In this document: piece by piece, positions 1-9,307 of the stretch | Numbering within the stretch: the stretch's first letter is position 1 | Layout of the letters: the number at the start of each line of letters is the position of its first letter | From: an uncultured Muribaculaceae bacterium | GTDB taxonomy: Bacteria > Bacteroidota > Bacteroidia > Bacteroidales > Muribaculaceae | Direction: 5' to 3' | Length of the DNA: 64,000 bases | Assembly (NCBI GenBank): GCA_910587475.1 | Contig: CAJUMR010000008.1 | Span: 16,947 to 80,946, forward strand | Translations under genes and position numbers: made by a program | The notes under the pieces: model-generated | What the model was told of the DNA's origin: nothing | Seen by the model: the letters and a program-made list of their open reading frames with translations, nothing else | The model's database searches: none

Positions 1-63
1 AGCGTCGATAAATGCAGCGGATGTAATCAGGAATGCGATGAGGGATGCGATGAAGTGCTTCAT
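1..63 (-). CDS. Partial CDS (5' end only, runs off the window start); exported protein with signal peptide
   Basis: Reverse-strand ATG at 63 gives MKHFIASLIAFLITSAAFIDA..., a Sec-type signal peptide; a minus-strand TAnnTTTG-like motif lies just upstream (complement of caaaggta, 82-89). Confidence 0.55.
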   Translation of the reverse strand, partial: MKHFIASLIAFLITSAAFIDA

Positions 64-224
64 GATGATTGGATTTGGTCTCCAAAGGTAGTGTCAATAT
101 CTTTATGGTCAAAAGGTATGTGCGGCAGAAGATTTTATTTAGTGAAAATTAACACACATGGCGGAGGTTGTGCCCGAGATATGTTAAAAGTCGAGTGAAT
201 TTAACTAAAAAACTAAATTCTCAC

Positions 225-232
225 TAACTTTG
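225..232 (+). promoter_or_regulatory. Bacteroidetes sigma-A -7 promoter element (TAACTTTG)
   Basis: Matches the TAnnTTTG consensus just upstream of the ATG at 241. Confidence 0.6.
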
Positions 233-240
233 CAGCCGAT

Positions 241-1173
241 ATGAATGTAGCCCATTTCCGACAGATGATCAAGCCTTGGATGTTGCCAATCTCAATGGCG
301 GCAGGCATGGTGTTCCACACAGCGATAGAGCAGGTGCAGTTTCTTGCGCCGTATCTGATCTTTGTGATGCTTCTTATAACGTTCTGCAAGGTAAATCCGC
401 GCGAACTGAGGTTCGGGCGTCTGTCGTGGAGCCTTCTGGCCGTGCAGATGCTCGGAGGGGTGGGGGTCTACTTTCTGCTGCTGCCTGTTGCTCCCGAGCT
501 TGCTCAAGGGACTTTTATCTGTGTGTTCTGTCCGACGGCCACTGCCGCACCGGTGATCACCGGCATGCTCGGAGGCTCAGTGACAAAGGTGGCTATGTAC
601 TCGATCGTGAGCAATGTGACTGTGGCGCTGACTGCGCCGGCGCTGTTTGAGTATATGGGCGGCGAGTCGCTTGGCGGATCGGTCAGCTTTGCCGAGGGTT
701 TCGCGACGATCTGTCTGAAGGTTGGCCCACTGATCATACTGCCGCTGCTTACGGCGTTTGTGTTGCGCGCCGTCGCTCCTAAAGCCCATCATGCCATAGC
801 GTCGCACCAGTCGCTGTCGTTCTATATCTGGGCGGTTTCGCTGCTTATCGTCGTCGGGCGATCGGTCAGCTTTGTGATGAGTGAGCCTGCGGGTGCTGTG
901 CCGATGATGGCTGCCATAGCCGGAGCATCGCTGGCTGTGTGTGTGATACAGTTTGTGGTCGGTCGCCGCATCGGACGGCGCTACGGCGACAAGGTGGCCG
1001 GAGCGCAGGGGCTGGCCCAGAAAAACACGGTGCTTGCGATCTGGATGGCCTTGAATTTCCTCAATCCGATATCGTCGGTCGGTCCTGCATCGTACATCTT
1101 GTGGCAGAACACAATCAACTCGGCGCAGATCTATTTCAAGACAAAGAAGGAAGCAAAACAGAATGCCGCCTGA
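241..1173 (+). CDS. Bile acid:sodium symporter (BASS/SBF-like) family transporter
   Basis: 310 aa, about 9-10 hydrophobic helices, motifs CPTATAAPVITGMLGG and QKNTVLAIW typical of Bacteroidales BASS-like transporters. Confidence 0.75.
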   Translation: MNVAHFRQMIKPWMLPISMAAGMVFHTAIEQVQFLAPYLIFVMLLITFCKVNPRELRFGRLSWSLLAVQMLGGVGVYFLLLPVAPELAQGTFICVFCPTATAAPVITGMLGGSVTKVAMYSIVSNVTVALTAPALFEYMGGESLGGSVSFAEGFATICLKVGPLIILPLLTAFVLRAVAPKAHHAIASHQSLSFYIWAVSLLIVVGRSVSFVMSEPAGAVPMMAAIAGASLAVCVIQFVVGRRIGRRYGDKVAGAQGLAQKNTVLAIWMALNFLNPISSVGPASYILWQNTINSAQIYFKTKKEAKQNAA

Positions 1174-1245
1174 CACGACCGATCGTGCAAACTTTAATGG
1201 CGACGCTTTGTTGATATAAATATACATACCTAAAATCAATAATGT

Positions 1246-1956
1246 ATGAACAGCATGTTTGAGATATTGATGGAACTTCCACTGTTCCGCGGCACCACCC
1301 GCGAACGCATGGCCGAAACAGTCGGCATGGCGAAGTTTCATTTTTTGAAATATCTGCCCGGCGAGACGATAGTCGAGGCCGGCGCCCCTTGTACGCACAT
1401 CAAATTCATTATCTCAGGCAGTGTGAGATCGAAGATCGTCAATCCCGACAGCCGTTTCAAGGTGAGCCAGACGCTTGTGGCTCCCGACGTGATCTCGGCC
1501 GACTATCTTTTTGGCCGCGCGACCAACTATCCGTGCACTGTCACCGCGATCGAGCCTACGGGCATACTTCAGATAGCCAAGAATGACTATATCAAGATAT
1601 TGAAGTCGGATGAGGTGTTTATGTTCAACTACCTCAATCTTCTTTCGATGAACGCCCAGAAGTCGGTCAGCGGAGTGCTGGCGCTGACTACGGGAAGCAT
1701 AGAGGAACGCATAGCGTTCTGGATCATAGCGTTGACCCAGCCGAGCGGCCGCGACATCGCGCTTGAGTGCCGTCAGCGCGATCTCTATTCGTTTTTCGGC
1801 GTGCAGCGCGGATCATTCATCTCGACGCTCGACAGCATGAAAGCCCGCGGTCTGCTGACCTACGGGCCGTCGAAGATCGACATCGTCAGCCGCCGGTCGC
1901 TAATCGATTTGCTCGAGAGCAAACTCAACGACAGTGCGGTTCACGATGATGAATAG
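1246..1956 (+). CDS. Crp/Fnr family transcriptional regulator
   Basis: N-terminal cNMP-binding beta-roll (LPLFRG...GETIVEAG...IISGSV) and C-terminal Crp-type HTH (IEERIAFW...QRDLYSFFGVQR). Confidence 0.85.
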   Translation: MNSMFEILMELPLFRGTTRERMAETVGMAKFHFLKYLPGETIVEAGAPCTHIKFIISGSVRSKIVNPDSRFKVSQTLVAPDVISADYLFGRATNYPCTVTAIEPTGILQIAKNDYIKILKSDEVFMFNYLNLLSMNAQKSVSGVLALTTGSIEERIAFWIIALTQPSGRDIALECRQRDLYSFFGVQRGSFISTLDSMKARGLLTYGPSKIDIVSRRSLIDLLESKLNDSAVHDDE

Positions 1957-3547
1957 GAGTCGTCGCGGCATATTGGCAGTCGTTATGGCGGCTGTGGCCA
2001 TGCTGGCTACGGCAGCCGTTGAGCCTTCGGACCGCGGGGGAGGCACACTGGATCATGCGATAGATTCGACCGATCAGTATCTGGCCCGCCGTCAGGAATT
2101 TGCACGCGCCAAGGCCGAGCGCATCGAGGCGCGCCGCCATCAGCTTGACAGAGTCGGCGCGGGCGCTGAGGCTGCGGCGATGATCGATCTCGGCCGAGAG
2201 TTCAGACGATACAATGTCGACTCGGCAGCCCGATATTTCACACAGGCCATCGATGCTGCCGCTGTAAGAGGCGACAGCTCGACGATGAAAACAGCCATGC
2301 TCGAACTTGCGGCCGTCAATCCGCTGCGCGGCATTATCAAGGAGTCGGTAGACATGTATGATGCGATCGACTCCTCGAGCCTACGCGACAGCGAGTTGAC
2401 GCTCTATTACGACAAGGGCTTCGATGTGTATGTGACGACGGCCGAGTTTTACAATGATGATTATCACGGGAATGAGTACAGACGGAAGGCGCTGCAGTTC
2501 AGCGACTCGCTTGTCAGCCGTCTGCCTGAAGGTTCGGCCGAACAGCTCTACTACAAGGGCTGGAGCGCGATGAGACGCGGCGATCTGCCGACAGCCCTCA
2601 CAGAGCTGAAATCGGCTCTCGGGCGGTCGTCGTTCGGCGAAGATCTTTATGCGAGGGCAACGGCATCGCTTGCCGACTACTATATGAACTATGTCCACGA
2701 CCGCGACAAGGCTGCCTACTATCTGGCACTTTCGACCATGAGCGATGTCGCCGCCGGAACGAAGGAAACGACGTCGCTGCAGCGCCTGGGGCTCGATCTC
2801 TATAAGCGCGGCGACATAGTGAGGGCTCACCGCTATATGTCTGTCGCTCTTGAAAATTCGATCGAGTCGGGGTCGAAGGTGAGGACGCTTGCCGAAGTCA
2901 ACACATTTCCGGTTGTCTCGAAAGCTTACCGCGACAGAGATTATACGCGCATGCGCTGGCTTTATGTGCTTGTCGGGGTGCTGACGGCAGCGATGATCGC
3001 CTTGGCAGTGATGGTATGGATTATCTACCGCTCGAAGCGGAGGTTGGCGTCGTACAGACAGCAACTCACAACGAGCAACATGCACAAGGACGCATATATC
3101 AACCAGATATTGGCTATCTGTTCGTCGTATATCGAGCGCATCGAGGAACTGAACCGCTTGATAGTGCGCAAGGTCAAGACCGGTCAGAGTCAGGATCTCT
3201 GCCGAATGGTCGAAAGCGGCGAAATGATGCGCGAGCAGAGCGACAAGTTTCTGCGGTCGTTTGACAAGGCATTGCTCAGTATCTATCCCGACTTCGTCGG
3301 TCAACTCAACGGACTGCTGCGCGACGATGCTCGTTTCGGCGAACCGAGCGGCAGCAAGCTATCGCCCGAGCTGCGGATAGCCGCATTCATGAGACTCGGC
3401 GTCGACGACAGCGCCCGTATAGCGAGACTGCTCGGATTGTCGCTGAACACGGTCTATACTTACAGAAACAAGCTCAGAAATCGTGCGAAAGACAGGGAAA
3501 ATTTCGAGGCCGACATTGAAAAAATAGGTAATATCGCTAAATTATAG
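1934..3547 (+). CDS. DUF6377-type (SusR-like) membrane-spanning transcriptional regulator
   Basis: Signal peptide, TPR-like helical periplasmic region, single TM helix (WLYVLVGVLTAAMIALAVMVWII), C-terminal ELRIAAFMRLGVDDSARIARLLGLSLNTVYTYRNKLRNRA HTH; true start may be 1946/1949. Confidence 0.8.
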   Translation: MRFTMMNRSRRGILAVVMAAVAMLATAAVEPSDRGGGTLDHAIDSTDQYLARRQEFARAKAERIEARRHQLDRVGAGAEAAAMIDLGREFRRYNVDSAARYFTQAIDAAAVRGDSSTMKTAMLELAAVNPLRGIIKESVDMYDAIDSSSLRDSELTLYYDKGFDVYVTTAEFYNDDYHGNEYRRKALQFSDSLVSRLPEGSAEQLYYKGWSAMRRGDLPTALTELKSALGRSSFGEDLYARATASLADYYMNYVHDRDKAAYYLALSTMSDVAAGTKETTSLQRLGLDLYKRGDIVRAHRYMSVALENSIESGSKVRTLAEVNTFPVVSKAYRDRDYTRMRWLYVLVGVLTAAMIALAVMVWIIYRSKRRLASYRQQLTTSNMHKDAYINQILAICSSYIERIEELNRLIVRKVKTGQSQDLCRMVESGEMMREQSDKFLRSFDKALLSIYPDFVGQLNGLLRDDARFGEPSGSKLSPELRIAAFMRLGVDDSARIARLLGLSLNTVYTYRNKLRNRAKDRENFEADIEKIGNIAKL

Positions 3548-3669
3548 TTTATATTTATGACTATATTGCGTTTTTGCAATAGCATGAATATCAATATAAT
3601 AATCTAAATATCGCTTTTGAAATATTTATATTGCTCTTATATCATGATAAAATCGGCTCTCCGGTGATA

Positions 3670-3677
3670 TAACTTTG
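3670..3677 (+). promoter_or_regulatory. Sigma-A -7 promoter element (TAACTTTG) not followed by an ORF
   Basis: Exact TAnnTTTG match; the downstream ~130 nt is non-coding and ends in a hairpin. Confidence 0.55.
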
Positions 3678-3682
3678 CAGTG

Positions 3683-3812
3683 TAAATAATTATTAGGTCT
3701 AAGCAATTTATAAGCTTGTTAAAGATTTAAGTAAAAAAGGATTTTAAATGGTTTTAGGTATTTAGTGTTAGAGACACTTTCAGACAGCCGACCCGTGAGG
3801 GCCGGCTGTCTT
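3683..3812 (+). ncRNA. Candidate small RNA (AU-rich body, 3' GUGA-tetraloop hairpin)
   Basis: Promoter at 3670, no ORF, hairpin agacagccgaccc-gtga-gggccggctgtct at 3782-3811; lrgA has its own promoter at 3889. Confidence 0.45.
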
Positions 3813-3888
3813 GATTCATGGACGGCTGTGTTGAGGTCGAGTCATGATTTTGCACGGGGCTACCATATTATATTGAGGAAATAATATG

Positions 3889-3896
3889 TAATTTTG
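3889..3896 (+). promoter_or_regulatory. Sigma-A -7 promoter element (TAATTTTG) for lrgAB
   Basis: TAnnTTTG match about 36 nt upstream of the ATG at 3933. Confidence 0.5.
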
Positions 3897-3932
3897 CGCA
3901 GTTAAAAAATTAAACGGATAAATGTTAGATTT

Positions 3933-4298
3933 ATGGCAAAGCAATTCGGAATATTGTTCGGATGTCTGGCTATCGGTGAATTGATCGCTCTGATCCCCGG
4001 ACTGAACATACCCGGGAGTATACTCGGCATGATCGTGCTCACCGCTCTGTTGCAGCGAGGTATAGTAAGGCCGCAATCGATCAGCCAGATATGCAGGTTT
4101 CTGATATCGAACATGGGATTTTTCTTCGTGCCTCCCGGCGTGGCGCTCATGCTCTATTTCGATCTTATCGCCGAGGAGTGGCTTCCGATAACGGTGGCGA
4201 GCGTGGTCAGCACATTGCTTGTGCTTCTGGTGACCGGGCGTCTGCACCAATTTCTTCACAGTAGAATAAAACATCATAATAATGGACGTAATTGTTGA
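3933..4298 (+). CDS. lrgA: CidA/LrgA family holin-like protein
   Basis: 121 aa, 4 TM helices, IPGSILGM and FFFVPPGV motifs; overlaps the following lrgB. Confidence 0.9.
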   Translation: MAKQFGILFGCLAIGELIALIPGLNIPGSILGMIVLTALLQRGIVRPQSISQICRFLISNMGFFFVPPGVALMLYFDLIAEEWLPITVASVVSTLLVLLVTGRLHQFLHSRIKHHNNGRNC

Positions 4299-4983
4299 TA
4301 TTGTCAGGCAAGAAGTGGCGCTGATAACGCTGACTTTTCTGCTTTTCTGGGGAGCTTCGTATGTCCATCGCCGCACGGGTTGGGCTGTGTTCAACCCGAT
4401 GATAGTGACGATCGCCTGCCTGATTGTGTTTTTGAAGGTGACGGGTATAAGCTATGAAGAGTATTCTCACAGCGGTCATATGATAGAGTTCTGGCTTAAG
4501 CCTGCAATCGTTGCGCTGGCGCTGCCGCTCTACAATCAGTTGCGCAACATCAGGCGGCAATTCATGCCGTTGCTGTTTACGGAGGTGGTCGGTTGTGTCA
4601 CGGGCATCGTGTCTGTTGCGCTGATTGCCAAGTGGTGTGGCGCGAGCCGCGAAATAGTGCTGTCGCTTGTGCCGAAGTCAGTGTCGACCCCCATCGCCAT
4701 CGAGATCTCGCGTGAGCTCGGTGGCATACCGGCTCTTACGTCGGCGATAGTGATAATCGTCGGAATGTTGGGCGCTGTGCTGGGTATGAAGATGATGGAT
4801 CTCGGACGGGTGAAGAGCCCTGTGTCGAAAAGTCTCAGCATGGGCACGGCTGCGCATGCCATGGGCACCAACAAGATGAGCGAGTACGGCGACAGATATG
4901 GGGCATACGCCACTCTTGGATTGATAATCAACGGAATACTTACTGCGTTCCTCGCCGGACCATTGGTGGAAATGGTAATATGA
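4282..4983 (+). CDS. lrgB: LrgB/CidB family membrane protein
   Basis: LKPAIVALALPLY, SLVPKSVSTPIA and GTAAHAMGT motifs. Confidence 0.9.
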   Translation: MDVIVDIVRQEVALITLTFLLFWGASYVHRRTGWAVFNPMIVTIACLIVFLKVTGISYEEYSHSGHMIEFWLKPAIVALALPLYNQLRNIRRQFMPLLFTEVVGCVTGIVSVALIAKWCGASREIVLSLVPKSVSTPIAIEISRELGGIPALTSAIVIIVGMLGAVLGMKMMDLGRVKSPVSKSLSMGTAAHAMGTNKMSEYGDRYGAYATLGLIINGILTAFLAGPLVEMVI

Positions 4984-5093
4984 GGTGTTGGGAAATGTCA
5001 AAAATTAAATAAAATTAACATAAATCAAGGAGGGAGTATGTAAATAATGTTTAAATTTGCGGCATACATATCAACACTTTAATCATAAATAAT

Positions 5094-5765
5094 ATGAAAA
5101 AACTGATTTTAGCTGCCGCTTTATTTGTGGCAGGCGCAACAATGGCACAGGCTCAGGATTACAACCGCGTGGGCGTTTCGTATGATCATTCAAACCTCGG
5201 TTTCAACCGGAATATGGATATTCTCGACAGAGGCAGTGAGACTGTAGGCGATAATGGCTTCGCTCTGAACTATACTCATGGTTTCGGTGTGGCTCAGAAC
5301 ATGTTTGTCGAAGTCGGCGGTAATATCGATTTTCTTTTCGGCAGCAAGTCGATAAGCGAATACGACGAAAAACTTACTTACAAACATCAGAATATCAACC
5401 TGCAGGTGCCCGTCAACTATGTTTACCGTTTCAATATCACTGACGGTGTGAGCATTGATCCCTATGTAGGTTTGAACTTCAAACTCCACTTCGCCAACAA
5501 ATTCAAACTTGAATACAGCGACGAAGACGGCACTGAAAGCTCAGACTGGATTAGCGTTTATGACAAAGACAAGATGGGCAAGGACGACACCTGGAACCGT
5601 TTCCAGATGGGATGGCACATCGGTGTAGGTCTGAATTATGAAAAATACTATCTTGGCGTTCAGTTCGGTACGGATTTCATTCCCGCTTACAGCGAAACAA
5701 TTGACGGCGACAAGTACAAAGTCAACACTGCTGATGTGAAGATCACATTAGGCTACACATTCTGA
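5094..5765 (+). CDS. Outer-membrane beta-barrel protein (8-stranded, porin/OmpA-like barrel)
   Basis: Signal peptide, amphipathic beta-strands, C-terminal ITLGYTF BAM signal; TAAATTTG promoter at 5052-5059. Confidence 0.8.
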   Translation: MKKLILAAALFVAGATMAQAQDYNRVGVSYDHSNLGFNRNMDILDRGSETVGDNGFALNYTHGFGVAQNMFVEVGGNIDFLFGSKSISEYDEKLTYKHQNINLQVPVNYVYRFNITDGVSIDPYVGLNFKLHFANKFKLEYSDEDGTESSDWISVYDKDKMGKDDTWNRFQMGWHIGVGLNYEKYYLGVQFGTDFIPAYSETIDGDKYKVNTADVKITLGYTF

Positions 5766-5782
5766 TCGCAGCGATACAGAAG

Positions 5783-5836
5783 ATAAAATAATAACTCAGG
5801 CTGGTGACTGATAGTCTCCGGCCTGAGTTATTTTAT
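5783..5836. terminator. Bidirectional intrinsic terminator between convergent genes
   Basis: ataactcaggc...gcctgagttat inverted repeat flanked by A-rich and T-rich tracts. Confidence 0.65.
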
Positions 5837-5838
5837 TG

Positions 5839-6702
5839 TCATAGAGTTGCCGGGAGGCTGCCCCTTGTGAATGCGTCGATGTAGCTGCCGGGTGTGGCGT
5901 TGATGATTGTGACGCCAAGCGAGTCGGCATAGCTCCTTATGAGATGGTAGCTCCGGAAAGCAGTGTAATAGCTTTTGATGATGTCGTGGAGGCGGTAGCC
6001 TCGATACTCGTTGCGCGAGCGCTGCACTTCGGCCGATGACTCTTTGTAGAAATGATTCATGCCCGAAACGACCTCGTTGTCGTCGGTTACCCTGATGTCG
6101 CGCATCCATGAGTGGTCGGCACCACATATATATATACGGCGGTAGCCGAGCGCAATGCCGAGCATGATCGACGGTATCAGAACATTGCGGGGCCGCGGCA
6201 TGGCGAGTCGGCTGCGATAGGCGATGCGGCGGAATGGTTTGAAGCCTTCGACCCCGACGGCGTTGAAAGTTTCGAGGGTTACGTCGGGCGGGAGCGACAG
6301 AGCAGCCATGAAGCCGCTGCGGTAGCGCCGGTCGATGAACAGGCGCATAGGCCATGTAACTGCCGAAAGGTTGTCGATCAGACGCCTGACGTTCGGATCG
6401 TCGGTCGCTCTGAAGAAATGGGGGTCGGCGAGAACGTAGTAATTTGGCTTGATGAGAGCGAATTCCGGTGAGTTTGCGGCGAAATTGACGGCAAGCGTCG
6501 GCATGGTTGCGAGCAGGTCGGCGTGGTCGGCTATGGTTTGCCGCAGCGAAGGTCCATTGGCAAGGATGATCAGCGGTTTGTCGGAAGCATCGGCTGCGCG
6601 GCCAATGGTTACGGGCCGCGACATCAAAGCGATCTTGGCTATGCCTTTGGCTGTGTCGGCCGTCTTGGCGATGAAATCAGAGACTGCTTTCATCGTAGAC
6701 AT
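5839..6702 (-). CDS. Maf/DUF115 (MptE-like) or GT42-like putative glycosyltransferase
   Basis: IILANGPSL motif (as in CstII/Maf-type nonulosonate transferases), YYVLADP and LGYRRIYICGADHS motifs. Confidence 0.6.
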   Translation of the reverse strand: MSTMKAVSDFIAKTADTAKGIAKIALMSRPVTIGRAADASDKPLIILANGPSLRQTIADHADLLATMPTLAVNFAANSPEFALIKPNYYVLADPHFFRATDDPNVRRLIDNLSAVTWPMRLFIDRRYRSGFMAALSLPPDVTLETFNAVGVEGFKPFRRIAYRSRLAMPRPRNVLIPSIMLGIALGYRRIYICGADHSWMRDIRVTDDNEVVSGMNHFYKESSAEVQRSRNEYRGYRLHDIIKSYYTAFRSYHLIRSYADSLGVTIINATPGSYIDAFTRGSLPATL

Positions 6703-7390
6703 GGGTTTTGAGGTAATCGACTACCGAAACGGGGTTATAGAGCCCCGAAGACCTGAGTTTCTCGCATGAGAATGTCAGCGAGCGGCCGATGTCGGCGAGT
6801 TTTTTCTTTCCGAACAAGATCCTGTACCATCGGGCAGGGATGGAGAATATGCGCTTCTGGGCTATGCGCCATGCGAGAGCGTCGGCCAGATCCGACAAGA
6901 GTGGGTCGACAGTGTCGGTGACGTTGAATGTGTCGTCGCATCCGATCACCGCACGGGCGGCGTCGGGCAAGCTGACGGCATGGACCACACTCCGGCGGGC
7001 TTCGTTGCCGGCGAGGGCGATGAATGTGCCTCGGGCAATCTTTCCGGCAAGATCACGAACCCATCCCGTCATGCCGGTGCAGACTATCGGCGCACAGCGG
7101 AGAACAGTCGGTGTGAGCCCGCATTGGAGACAGCGCTCGCGGAAATCATGCTCATGGCGGGCAAATTCGGAACTGTCGCGCAGGGGCGTCAGTTCGTTGA
7201 ACCCGCAGCCTTCAGAGACATCGTAGATTGCGGCAGACGATATCATCAAGGCGGCGTCGGCCCCGAGGTGGGAGTCGGAGATGCGGAATTCGGGCATGAA
7301 ACGCTCGAAATAGGGCCGTACACAAGGATTGCACGGCGTGAAAAGGTAGAGAACCGGACGCTGATCTTCGCTTTGGTTGTTGGTGGGCAT
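6677..7390 (-). CDS. NAD-dependent epimerase/SDR-like protein, apparently degenerate
   Basis: ISSAAIYD, VLRCAPIV, RRSVVH and TFNVTD resemble the C-terminal part of extended SDRs; no GxxGxxG or YxxxK seen; start taken at MPTNNQ (7390). Confidence 0.55.
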   Translation of the reverse strand: MPTNNQSEDQRPVLYLFTPCNPCVRPYFERFMPEFRISDSHLGADAALMISSAAIYDVSEGCGFNELTPLRDSSEFARHEHDFRERCLQCGLTPTVLRCAPIVCTGMTGWVRDLAGKIARGTFIALAGNEARRSVVHAVSLPDAARAVIGCDDTFNVTDTVDPLLSDLADALAWRIAQKRIFSIPARWYRILFGKKKLADIGRSLTFSCEKLRSSGLYNPVSVVDYLKTHVYDESSL

Positions 7391-7496
7391 AGTTGCGCAA
7401 TTGATGAGTTTTGTGCAAAAGTACAAAAAAGTTAAGCTATGCCGTCAGAGATAGGCCAAATTTTAATAAATTTGCAGTTCGAACAATTCAGACCAG

Positions 7497-8366
7497 ATGG
7501 AAGAAACAGCATCAGCACCGATAAAAATCGACATCAAGGCGGTCGTCAGCGAGCGTCTCGGAGGAGTGTCGCGTGTTGTACCGGGCTTTTTTATCAGGAA
7601 GCTCGAGTCGCTGATCTGTCAGGATCGTCTGAATGCTCTGCTTGAGCATAATTTCCCGAAAGAAGGTGCGGATTTCTGCCGCGGAGTGCTTGAAGATCTG
7701 AACGTGAAGGTCGATGTGGTCAATGCCGACCGACTTCCTCCGGTCGAACGCCGGAGGGTGATCATCGCTTGCAATCATCCGCTCGGGGGACTCGACGGCA
7801 TGGCTCTGATCGATTATTTCACCCGTCGCTATGGCGGCAAGGTGATGTTTATCGTCAACGATCTGCTGATGGCCGTCAAACCACTCGCGCCGGTGTTTCT
7901 TCCGATCAACAAGCATGGACGCCAGAGCCGCGCGTCGCTGACGGCCATCGATCACGTGATGCAGGGCGACCATCCGGTGCTGATCTTTCCGGCGGGTCTT
8001 GTGTCGCGACAACAGACGTCGGGGGGCGAGATCGCCGATCTTGAGTGGAAGAAGATGTTCATCAACAAGGCTATCGCCTTCAAGCGAGACATAGTGCCGC
8101 TTTATTTCGACGGTGAGAATTCGGAGCGTTTCTATTCGCTGGCGCGCCGCCGTCAGTCGCTCGGTCTGAAGTTCAACTTCGAGATGGCATTGCTGCCCTC
8201 TGAGGTGTTCAAGTCGGAGGGGAAGACGTTCAGGGTCAATTGCGGCCATCCGATCGCATGGCAGAGTCTTAGCGGCGGCAGCGAGGCCGAAGCAGAGGCC
8301 GGCGCTCTCCGCCGAATGGTCTACGACCTGAAGAAAGAATTAAGAAAACAGTCAAAAATACTATAA
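7497..8366 (+). CDS. glsA: PlsC-family acyltransferase, likely glycine-lipid O-acyltransferase (OlsA/GlsA-like)
   Basis: NHPLGGLDG acyltransferase motif and IFPAGLVSR; directly upstream of an OlsB-like N-acyltransferase; promoter TAAATTTG at 7467-7474. Confidence 0.7.
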   Translation: MEETASAPIKIDIKAVVSERLGGVSRVVPGFFIRKLESLICQDRLNALLEHNFPKEGADFCRGVLEDLNVKVDVVNADRLPPVERRRVIIACNHPLGGLDGMALIDYFTRRYGGKVMFIVNDLLMAVKPLAPVFLPINKHGRQSRASLTAIDHVMQGDHPVLIFPAGLVSRQQTSGGEIADLEWKKMFINKAIAFKRDIVPLYFDGENSERFYSLARRRQSLGLKFNFEMALLPSEVFKSEGKTFRVNCGHPIAWQSLSGGSEAEAEAGALRRMVYDLKKELRKQSKIL

Positions 8367-8374
8367 TATAAAAG

Positions 8375-9307
8375 ATGAATCAACGAATCATTGATCCGGT
8401 GGATACGGCGCTGATCGAAGCCGAACTGACAGACGAGCGCTTTCTCCGTGACACCCACAAGGCAGGAAACAAGATCTATGTGGTCGACGCCCATTGTGCA
8501 CCTAACACTATGCGCGAAATCGGCCGCTTGCGCGAGATCGCTTTCCGGCTGGCCGGAGGCGGCACAGGCAAAGAATGCGATATCGACGAGTTTGACACGA
8601 TGGATCCGCCATGCCGCCAGTTGATCGTGTGGGAGCCTGAGAGCAAGTTGATTCTCGGCGGTTACAGGTTTATCTGCGGACGCGACATCAAGGTTGATGA
8701 CAACGGACGCCCTCGCATAGCGACGAGCCATATGTTCAACTTCTCGGAGCGGTTTATGAAAGACTATCTGCCGTATACGCTCGAGCTCGGCCGGTCGTTT
8801 GTCAGACCCGAATATCAGTCGTCGCGCGCCGGAGCCAAGGCCATCTATGTGCTCGACAATCTTTGGGACGGCCTGGGTTCGCTTACGGTTGTCTATCCCG
8901 ATATCAAGTATCTTTTCGGCAAGGTGACGATGTATCCGAGCTATATGGAGAAATGCCGCGACATGATACTTTATTTCATGAACAAGCATTTCCCAGACAA
9001 TGAGCATCTGGTGACTCCGATCACAGCGTTGCAGACCAACTGCGATGTGGCCGACATGGAGCGCCTGTTCACAGGGGCTGACTTCAAGGCCGACTACAAG
9101 ATCCTGAACGGCGAGGTGCACAAGTACGGCCTGAGCATACCTCCGCTGGTCAATGCCTATATGAGTCTTTCGCCGACGATGAAAATGTTTGGCACGGCGA
9201 TCAACGATGAGTTCGGCAATGTGGAGGAATCAGGAATATTGCTCGCTGTGTCGGAGATTCTTGAGGAAAAGAAACGCCGTCATATCGAGACTTTCATTCG
9301 GCGATAG
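8375..9307 (+). CDS. glsB: GNAT-5 N-acyltransferase, likely glycine N-acyltransferase (OlsB/GlsB-like)
   Basis: EIGRLREIAFR, DIDEFD, GGYRF, LELGRSFVRPEYQ and IPPLVNAYM motifs of OlsB/'hemolysin'-type N-acyltransferases. Confidence 0.75.
   Translation: MNQRIIDPVDTALIEAELTDERFLRDTHKAGNKIYVVDAHCAPNTMREIGRLREIAFRLAGGGTGKECDIDEFDTMDPPCRQLIVWEPESKLILGGYRFICGRDIKVDDNGRPRIATSHMFNFSERFMKDYLPYTLELGRSFVRPEYQSSRAGAKAIYVLDNLWDGLGSLTVVYPDIKYLFGKVTMYPSYMEKCRDMILYFMNKHFPDNEHLVTPITALQTNCDVADMERLFTGADFKADYKILNGEVHKYGLSIPPLVNAYMSLSPTMKMFGTAINDEFGNVEESGILLAVSEILEEKKRRHIETFIRR

Noticed and set aside
577..3304. Long antisense ORFs (577-1398, 2381-3304, and similar ones such as 7512-8249, 8321-9121, 55693-56562, 62675-63628)
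   Set aside because: Shadow frames opposite well-supported genes in GC-rich coding DNA; no recognisable motifs.
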